Below are positions 57,739-64,000 of a stretch of 64,000 nucleotides of DNA, in pieces. The translations under genes were made by a program, and so were the position numbers. Within the stretch, counting starts at the first letter, position 1. Each line of letters opens with the position of its first letter. Under the pieces are notes generated by a model, which worked only from the letters and a program-made list of their open reading frames with translations, made no database searches and was not told where the DNA came from. The stretch covers positions 1 to 64,000 of the IMG/VR virus record IMGVR_UViG_3300025141_000036; one strand, written 5' to 3'. Source of the stretch: a virus.

Positions 57739-58511
57739 CTCAACTCCTCTAGTGCTGCTTCATATTCTTCTTTATTTGGTGCTTTAGCATGCCAAGCTGG
57801 GTCATTCATGAATGAAACACCTGCTCCTTTCTGTGTGTCTAGGATTATACACTTTGGTTTTCCATTTGATTCTAAAGAATCCATAGCTTTCTCTATTTCT
57901 TCATAAGAATTGCCATTAATTCTAATTATATCCCACTTAAAACTAGCTAGTTTTTCCCCCAAAGGATCTAAGGGCAGGATATCCTCTACTAAGCCATCGT
58001 TCTGTGATTTATTAAAATCAATAAAACAGATAAGATTATCTAATTTGAATTTAGGGGCTAACATAAACGCTTCCCACACTTGCCCTTCTTGAATTTCTCC
58101 ATCGCCAACGATACAAAAACACTTTCCGCCAAGGGCCTGTAGTTTCATAGCCAGAGCATGCCCTAGGGCTATACTTAATCCTTGTCCTAGGGAACCTGTT
58201 GTAGCATGCATATAGGGCAACCTCACTTTGTCAGGGTGACCTTGCAAGGGAGAATCAATTTCTCTAAATTTTGCCAGATCCTCATCTGATAAGATTTCCA
58301 ATTCATAGAGTGCGGCATACAAAATAGGAACAGCATGCCCTTTGGACAAAATAAGTTTGCTCCCGCCTATCCCTCTAGATGTCAGATCATAATTTGAATA
58401 TAGATATGCCACCAACTCTGCTAAAGAAAAACTACCTCCGATATGACCAGACTGTTTTTCATAAATCATTCGCAGCACATGCTCTCTTAATCGATTAGCC
58501 GATATTTTCAT
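57732..58511 (-). CDS. Transketolase, N-terminal (TPP-binding) subunit
   Basis: GHIGGS, SKGHA, LQGHP, TTGSLGQG, GDGEIQEG...N; the ATG at 58511 is preferred over TTG 58517. Confidence 0.93.
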   Translation of the reverse strand: MKISANRLREHVLRMIYEKQSGHIGGSFSLAELVAYLYSNYDLTSRGIGGSKLILSKGHAVPILYAALYELEILSDEDLAKFREIDSPLQGHPDKVRLPYMHATTGSLGQGLSIALGHALAMKLQALGGKCFCIVGDGEIQEGQVWEAFMLAPKFKLDNLICFIDFNKSQNDGLVEDILPLDPLGEKLASFKWDIIRINGNSYEEIEKAMDSLESNGKPKCIILDTQKGAGVSFMNDPAWHAKAPNKEEYEAALEELRC

Positions 58512-59127
58512 TCGCAACCTTCCTTTTTAATAAACCCACAGCAATGTGAGTAATTTTAGAAATAGAATCTTCAAAATGAAAATTATTATTATTCTTCCCA
58601 GTTTGCCCCGGAAAAATAGAGTCTCCCCTAACAATTATCAACAAATCAGCTAAATCTCTTGCTTTGCAGCTTTCATTTCTTGTAATAACCACCACTTTCA
58701 TTCCAATTTCTTTTGCATATTCTGCTGCTTTAATAACGTTTTTTGAATTTCCTGAACCACTGATTCCGAAGAACACATCACCTGATGATCCTTGATATCT
58801 TAATTGCTCAACAAAAATGTTCTCATATCCCAAATCATTAGAGATGCCTGTTATTGTAGCTACACAATCACACAAATTCACACAATGAAACTTATTCCTA
58901 GGAGCGGATCTGTTTCCTTTGTCCTCAGAGACAAACGGATGCATATTTAAATCTACGACCAGATTGCCCACATAAGCCACATTCCCACCATTTCCACAAG
59001 CAAACACTTTCTTTTCTTTTTCATAAGCTTCAAAGATTATTTTTACAAAAGACTCGATTTCGGTTGATGAAATTGTCTGTATTACTCTTGATGATTCTTT
59101 TTTGTAAACTTCTATTAATTCTTGCAT
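58495..59127 (-). CDS. gmhA: SIS-domain phosphoheptose isomerase (GmhA-like)
   Basis: CGNGG, ISNDLGYENIFVEQL, GISGSGNSKNV. Confidence 0.82.
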   Translation of the reverse strand: MQELIEVYKKESSRVIQTISSTEIESFVKIIFEAYEKEKKVFACGNGGNVAYVGNLVVDLNMHPFVSEDKGNRSAPRNKFHCVNLCDCVATITGISNDLGYENIFVEQLRYQGSSGDVFFGISGSGNSKNVIKAAEYAKEIGMKVVVITRNESCKARDLADLLIIVRGDSIFPGQTGKNNNNFHFEDSISKITHIAVGLLKRKVANENIG

Positions 59128-60683
59128 TCTTCATCTCCTTTTAAATGTTTTGATAATAAATATTTTCCTAATAAAAATAAAAAATCTCCGTATTTCCCAC
59201 CATGAAAATCCTCATATAGAGAGCAAATTCCAATATATTGCAAAATACCCAATAACTTTACATTGCTCCAATCTAAATCTCTCTCAACACAAAACATTTC
59301 AAACTCTATCAACAAAAATAATAGATTGCTTTTGACTTTATAAGAAAGAAAAGCTTCTTTGTTTTTAATTTTATAATCATAATGTTTAGATAAAACCATT
59401 TGCCCATTAATCAAGAGAGCATGATATAACTTTCCTAAGTCATAATATGTATCTCCAACCTCCAAACTTTCGCCAAAAGATTCCCTCCAATCGATTAATT
59501 GAAACCGTTGGCCATCATAAATTATGTTTTCTGGTTGGAAATCACCATGAAAATTGCTAGGAATCGCATTCTTATAAATAGATTCCCAGTTTACTCTACT
59601 TAAGGTCTTTTGGATAGGTTCAACTTTTATCCCGTTAATAAATTCTATTTTATCTAACTCACTATCAGAATAAAGACTTATTCTATCGAACAACTTTTCT
59701 TTATACATTTTATTGCAATTGTCGAGAAAACCTTTCGATTTTTCAAAACGCGATGATGAAATCTTATCCATATAAAAATCTAAGACACTCTTCAAAACGT
59801 TCTCATCCAATATCTGGGATAGAGTTTCTCCTTCTATAAACTTATATGAATACATATTATCATTAACCAATTCTACTTCCGGAACGGAATTGTTAAGAAA
59901 ATCTACTCTCAACAGTCTTTTCTTAACCTTTTCGGGATTGTGAAAATATTTTATAACAGTTTCATTTTCAATAAAAATTGTTTCGTCATTTTTGGGAGCA
60001 ACCACTTCTTTATTGTAGACTTTTCGAGTTTCGTCATATGACTTATTATTTCCCGTATCATGCCAAGTAAAAAAGTTTAATCTTATTTCCTTCAAATCAT
60101 AAAACCCATGGATAACTTGATATTCATCATTTATAATACTCTTTTCTCTCAAAGAATCCCAGAATGTTTTATAATCATAAACCCCGGCCATTCCGTTATA
60201 AGCCAAATTCCCTATTCCGTAATAAAGCTCATCCAAGTATTCTTCTCCTTTTATTAAACAATATCCCGATGAGGAAGCACTCTCTATTATTGAAGTGCCA
60301 ATCCAATTGTCATCTAGGTAGGAAAATTTTTCGACTTCTTCTACTATAGTATCAGACGAAGTGAAAATAAAAGGGCACCGTAAATGTTTTTCACACTGTA
60401 ACAGACTAAGGCCCGGGCCGGATCCGGGTCCTGAGAAATTTTCTACATGAACATAAGTTATTTTTCTACTTGGAAACACCCTTTTTAGATAAGACTTAAC
60501 TTGATAACTCTTAAATCCCAGCGCAATCACAATCTCTATATCTTTACTGAAACTCCTTATTATTTTAGATATCACTGCTCTGTTTTCTATTGGTAACAAT
60601 GATTTGTGCAAACCAGCAACAGTAGTGTTTCTAGACCCCTGGCCTGCTGATAAAATACAAAGTTTGAATTTGCTATTTTTCAT
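59115..60683 (-). CDS. Sugar-phosphate nucleotidyltransferase fused to an APH/choline-kinase-like phosphotransferase
   Basis: ILSAGQGSR...K.LL N-terminal motif; HGDFQPENII...LIDWR kinase motifs. Confidence 0.85.
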   Translation of the reverse strand: MKNSKFKLCILSAGQGSRNTTVAGLHKSLLPIENRAVISKIIRSFSKDIEIVIALGFKSYQVKSYLKRVFPSRKITYVHVENFSGPGSGPGLSLLQCEKHLRCPFIFTSSDTIVEEVEKFSYLDDNWIGTSIIESASSSGYCLIKGEEYLDELYYGIGNLAYNGMAGVYDYKTFWDSLREKSIINDEYQVIHGFYDLKEIRLNFFTWHDTGNNKSYDETRKVYNKEVVAPKNDETIFIENETVIKYFHNPEKVKKRLLRVDFLNNSVPEVELVNDNMYSYKFIEGETLSQILDENVLKSVLDFYMDKISSSRFEKSKGFLDNCNKMYKEKLFDRISLYSDSELDKIEFINGIKVEPIQKTLSRVNWESIYKNAIPSNFHGDFQPENIIYDGQRFQLIDWRESFGESLEVGDTYYDLGKLYHALLINGQMVLSKHYDYKIKNKEAFLSYKVKSNLLFLLIEFEMFCVERDLDWSNVKLLGILQYIGICSLYEDFHGGKYGDFLFLLGKYLLSKHLKGDEECKN

Positions 60684-60701
60684 TTAATTCTCGTTTTATA
60701 T

Positions 60702-60730
60702 ATTATAACACATTCTTCGTCCCCTGTCAA
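60702..60730 (-). promoter_or_regulatory. Perfect-consensus sigma70 promoter inside the sugar cluster
   Basis: TTGACA-17 nt-TATAAT with extended TG, upstream of the ATG at 60683. Confidence 0.82.
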
Positions 60731-60737
60731 AAAAAAA

Positions 60738-61211
60738 TTAATTTTTATGCTCGATATCTATTTTTCCAGATTTTCTATTTGTATCATCTTGATATCTAAT
60801 GACATCATTAAGATGAGGAGTGGAAACCTCCAAAGCAGTATAGGATTCTCTAGCTATGACTCTATGTTTTCTATTGAGAGGGACTGTCCACCCTGATCCT
60901 GCTTTATAAATCTTGGATTCCATAACCCCTTCATCATTTTCCAAAAGAACCTCTGCTTCTCCTTCAATCACATAGTTTGCTTCAATCTTATATTCATGAG
61001 ATTGTAAACTACATCTATTACCTTTTTTCATATGAATCAGCTTAAAAGCATAAAACTCATTTAATTCCAACCATAGTTCATAGCCCCATGGCTTTACTAC
61101 TTTATAATCGCTTACTGATAGGTTATCCGGCTTGCTGTTATCAATCGTATCTTTGTACTCCTCTAGTGCTTGCTTTATAAACAAATCTTTAATGTGATCA
61201 AATTTTGACAT
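60738..61211 (-). CDS. Cupin protein (type II mannose-6-phosphate isomerase C-terminal-like)
   Basis: KPWG, SLQSH..K.E, HR, EVSTP. Confidence 0.85.
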   Translation of the reverse strand: MSKFDHIKDLFIKQALEEYKDTIDNSKPDNLSVSDYKVVKPWGYELWLELNEFYAFKLIHMKKGNRCSLQSHEYKIEANYVIEGEAEVLLENDEGVMESKIYKAGSGWTVPLNRKHRVIARESYTALEVSTPHLNDVIRYQDDTNRKSGKIDIEHKN

Positions 61212-61563
61212 CTTTAATTCCTTGGTTTCTTTTTAAATTTATTGCATATGCATAATCTTTATCCCCTGAGGGCTTTCTATCATTTATAATATATCTTTTT
61301 CCTCCGCCAATGCCCATAACTAATTGGTCATAGATAATGCCGGCTTTTGACAATTGTTTTTCTGTTTGCTTTCTCATACTCTCTCTACGACCAGTAGTGA
61401 GAATAATGTTGTAGCCTCGGCGGTCCCACTCTTCTAGTTTTTCTAGTGTTCCGTTTAAAATTTCCATTTTATTATCTTGTCGACAAGATAAAAAGGGTGA
61501 CTGATGTTTTACTAACGTGCCATCTATATCACAAAAAATAGTGGCTGGTCTCTTTTCATTCAT
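61198..61563 (-). CDS. HAD-superfamily phosphatase (capless)
   Basis: FCDIDGTL, LTTGR, IINDR. Confidence 0.85.
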   Translation of the reverse strand: MNEKRPATIFCDIDGTLVKHQSPFLSCRQDNKMEILNGTLEKLEEWDRRGYNIILTTGRRESMRKQTEKQLSKAGIIYDQLVMGIGGGKRYIINDRKPSGDKDYAYAINLKRNQGIKDVKI

Positions 61564-62681
61564 AATATAAACCTTGTACTTGGGTTAATGTTCTCCAAGA
61601 TATCTTTCTTTATCTCTTCTGTATACATTGCTGCCTTAAGAACAACAATGGGGTTAACAACATCTTTTAGAATCTGTGGAGACCGGACAAACAAGTTTGT
61701 TCCATAAAGTCTCTGGTTTATTTTCGCAGGGTCGTTATCCAATATGAAAGAAAAGTTTTCCTCTTTCAAACCAAACTTCAACAAAGATTGGGTAAAAATG
61801 TGAGCACCAAAAATAAATGTGTTACTCTTATTTTCCAGTTGGTTTTCAATTTTCTTCACTTCTGCATTGTAATAATTCATAAAATCATCCAAATAAGACG
61901 AATCTTGTTTATAAACCTTATCGGCTGCAACAGACGAAGATTTGATCGCTGAAACGAAAACACAGTGGTTGCTAAAGTCTTTTTCTTCTACAACTTCAAG
62001 GCCAGAGTAATGTAAAATTTCTCTTAACAACTCTTTTGTTAAACCATAGGTGTGTTCAAAATTCATCGCATTTGTGAAACCATCTTTCATCATCTCATCA
62101 ATTATGGGTGCCGAAATGAACATCATTTTTCCTTCTTCTAAAAGCTCTGTCATCACTTTAATCTCGTTCATAGGATCATAGAGGTGCTCTATAACATGAG
62201 AATGAATGATTGCGTCGGGTTTTTCTTTTACAGAATTCTTATCAAAAAATTGTTCTTTTAAAATAATCTTATCTGTTGGCTTATTACCATAACAACTCAG
62301 GTTAGTGTCATAAACCGTTATAGATTCAATCTTCTGGTTTTTCTCAAGGTGCTTAGCTAAAACTAGTTGTGCGCCACCAATCTCTACAAGATTACCTGAT
62401 GCACTAATATTGATGAAGTCTGCAAATTCTTTGTGGTGGCGATTCCAAATTTTACCAAAAGAACTGTTATGAGCATCTTTATATAAAATTTCCAACGGAA
62501 CTAATTTTGTTAATTGTGCTGTTTTACACTCAGAACATTTTGCAAAATTCAAATCTAGTGTCAAATCGGATTCTCTGTTTTGAGTTGTAGTTCCCATATA
62601 GATAGGAAAATCTTTTATAGAATAAGCATCTACTAAAGGAGACGAGCAATAAACACATTCGCTTCGCAGGACATATTTCAT
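61560..62681 (-). CDS. SAM-dependent (sugar C-/O-) methyltransferase with N-terminal Zn-binding domain
   Basis: CVYC...CSEC, VEIGG, SHVIEH, FEH, C-terminal FGA...LDNDPAK. Confidence 0.82.
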   Translation of the reverse strand: MKYVLRSECVYCSSPLVDAYSIKDFPIYMGTTTQNRESDLTLDLNFAKCSECKTAQLTKLVPLEILYKDAHNSSFGKIWNRHHKEFADFINISASGNLVEIGGAQLVLAKHLEKNQKIESITVYDTNLSCYGNKPTDKIILKEQFFDKNSVKEKPDAIIHSHVIEHLYDPMNEIKVMTELLEEGKMMFISAPIIDEMMKDGFTNAMNFEHTYGLTKELLREILHYSGLEVVEEKDFSNHCVFVSAIKSSSVAADKVYKQDSSYLDDFMNYYNAEVKKIENQLENKSNTFIFGAHIFTQSLLKFGLKEENFSFILDNDPAKINQRLYGTNLFVRSPQILKDVVNPIVVLKAAMYTEEIKKDILENINPSTRFIL

Positions 62682-63415
62682 TTATCGCTCCACACACAAA
62701 TTTTATTAATAGTTGGTTCATTTCGTAAATAACCGCGGGTCTTTCCTGCTTCTCCCAACAAATAATGATTAAGTGTTGATCCTATGTCGATGTAAGTATT
62801 TTGTGAATTAAACTCAAACAACTGATGGGCTAAAATGTTACCAAACGGTCCGGCACAAAAAAGGAACAAATTATCTTTTATTTCCTCTGTTGTTATGAAA
62901 TCTTTCACCTCCGATATTAATTCATTATTATCTACCCATGCATTCTTTCCAATCTGAAAATGTTTCGAGACATCAAACGGAAGACTATCCAAATTAGATG
63001 CCGAGTTTGAAACCAAAACCACCTCAAACTCTGAATAATGTGGAACCATCTTATCTAAATAATGCTTATGATTTCCATTAACAAAAAGATTGGCCCAAGT
63101 TAAATTTGTTAATTCTTGCCCCGATTGTTTTTTTAGCCAATTATGAACAGTTAACCCCCCAATACAACAAGGACATGAGATTCCTACGAAATAATTTTCA
63201 TTCTTAAATCTAAATGACTCTATCATTTGTTTTCGAAACTCTTGATTCTCTTTTGGATTAAACCAAAACTCACCATTATTAATTGGCTTATTTGATAGGA
63301 TGTGTAATTCTCCATCAGCATATTTAGAAAAAGAAAATGGCTCTTTGGTTTTTAACTTATCAATCAATATTTTTAAATCTTCCCTAAAACTTTTATTCTC
63401 TGTTTTAAATTTCAT
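62678..63415 (-). CDS. GT-D-fold-like putative glycosyltransferase
   Basis: FSFSKYADGE, FCAGP and YIDIGS resemble the DUF1792/GT-D R-x-x-DGE, LGP and IDIGH motifs. Start reassigned to 63415. Confidence 0.6.
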   Translation of the reverse strand: MKFKTENKSFREDLKILIDKLKTKEPFSFSKYADGELHILSNKPINNGEFWFNPKENQEFRKQMIESFRFKNENYFVGISCPCCIGGLTVHNWLKKQSGQELTNLTWANLFVNGNHKHYLDKMVPHYSEFEVVLVSNSASNLDSLPFDVSKHFQIGKNAWVDNNELISEVKDFITTEEIKDNLFLFCAGPFGNILAHQLFEFNSQNTYIDIGSTLNHYLLGEAGKTRGYLRNEPTINKICVWSDK

Positions 63416-63417
63416 AA

Positions 63418-64000
63418 TTATTCTTCCTTCCATTTTGGATAAGGTTTATTACAGGCTTTCTTAAACTTGACCTTGAAGTCATCGGGCCATTCTTTATTGA
63501 TAACTCCATCTTTTGGCACCCTCGGCGGTAAATAAATATTTAATCTATTTTCTCTACAATATTTAAAAATTTGATATACCTTGTAAGAATCAGTCCCTTT
63601 GGAAATTCGAACATCCCATAGTTTGTTTTGCGATGGCTCACAATCTCCAAGCAACACCTCCCTTAATGCCTCAACAGTTAAGGAGTCAGCCTCTCGGACA
63701 AAACCCTGCTCGGTTGTATAGGGTGTGTATGTAAATTTTTTTGTTTTTAATATCTCGCCACTATCCACCCTATTTTCAATTCTCATGATCGAAACTCCCC
63801 ATTCGCAGGATTCCAACATTCTTCCCCAGACTAACGAGGCGCCGCCTTGAACATCTGGGAGTATCGCTCCATGGTTACCAATTACTTCGAATTTTGATGT
63901 GATTGATTTAGGAACTATCCTAGAATCACCTAAAGTTATAATCAAATCAATTTTGTTTCTCTCACAAAACTCTAGGCAATTTTGCCATTCGCTTGTTTTA
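63418..64000 (-). CDS. Formyltransferase (Fmt/WbkC-like), 5' end outside the window
   Basis: GNHGAILPDVQGGASLVW and VDSGEI; the frame is open to the window edge. Confidence 0.8.
   Translation of the reverse strand, partial: KTSEWQNCLEFCERNKIDLIITLGDSRIVPKSITSKFEVIGNHGAILPDVQGGASLVWGRMLESCEWGVSIMRIENRVDSGEILKTKKFTYTPYTTEQGFVREADSLTVEALREVLLGDCEPSQNKLWDVRISKGTDSYKVYQIFKYCRENRLNIYLPPRVPKDGVINKEWPDDFKVKFKKACNKPYPKWKEE

Noticed and set aside
132-60349. Many plus-strand ORFs in the track (e.g. 568-1017, 6008-6412, 31851-32447, 43385-43699)
   Set aside because: All are antisense shadows of long, motif-bearing minus-strand genes and have no recognisable motifs of their own.
53665-64000. Host chromosome flanking a prophage (O-antigen locus)
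   Set aside because: The genes are co-oriented and overlap-coupled continuously into phage genes, share the phage promoter style, and no integrase or att site is visible. A chimeric assembly cannot be fully excluded without reads.

Overview
A 64 kb segment of a large, AT-rich, T4-like (contractile-tailed) dsDNA bacteriophage. It uses the standard code 11, and every credible gene is on the minus strand, tightly packed with ATGA/GTGA overlaps and GGAG-type Shine-Dalgarno sites. In transcription order (right to left) it contains: (i) a ~10 kb nucleotide-sugar/glycosylation cluster (formyltransferase, GT-D-like, methyltransferase, HAD, cupin, NTP-transferase/kinase fusion, GmhA, split transketolase, shikimate-dehydrogenase-like, GT-like, UDP-sugar dehydrogenase, epimerase); (ii) a gp55-like sigma factor; (iii) three tandem paralogs sharing one N-terminal domain but carrying three different peptidoglycan-hydrolase-like domains; (iv) a ~33 kb baseplate/tail block (spike-like, 2541-aa protein, gp25, gp6, gp7-like/LamG giant, tail-collar-like paralogs); (v) RuvC, HIGH nucleotidyltransferase, primase, tRNA-Leu(UAA), Pol-beta-like nucleotidyltransferase, Smr, and a fused Mre11-Rad50; (vi) a putative holin/spanin-like group interleaved with an array of unrelated small proteins that share N-terminal leaders (MK[IL]TxxQLKQIIxEEL..E and MKLIMENWxxF[IL]xE); (vii) terminase large subunit and the 5' part of portal. 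The best candidates for undescribed biology are the leader-tagged cargo array (probable capsid-targeted, protease-matured injected proteins, one hiding a Sec-type signal peptide behind its leader), the polymorphic three-hydrolase cassette, and a [S/T]-[G/A/S]-S motif enriched in outer baseplate proteins that may be the target of the adjacent glycosylation cluster. All functional calls come from motif recognition by eye; no searches were run.
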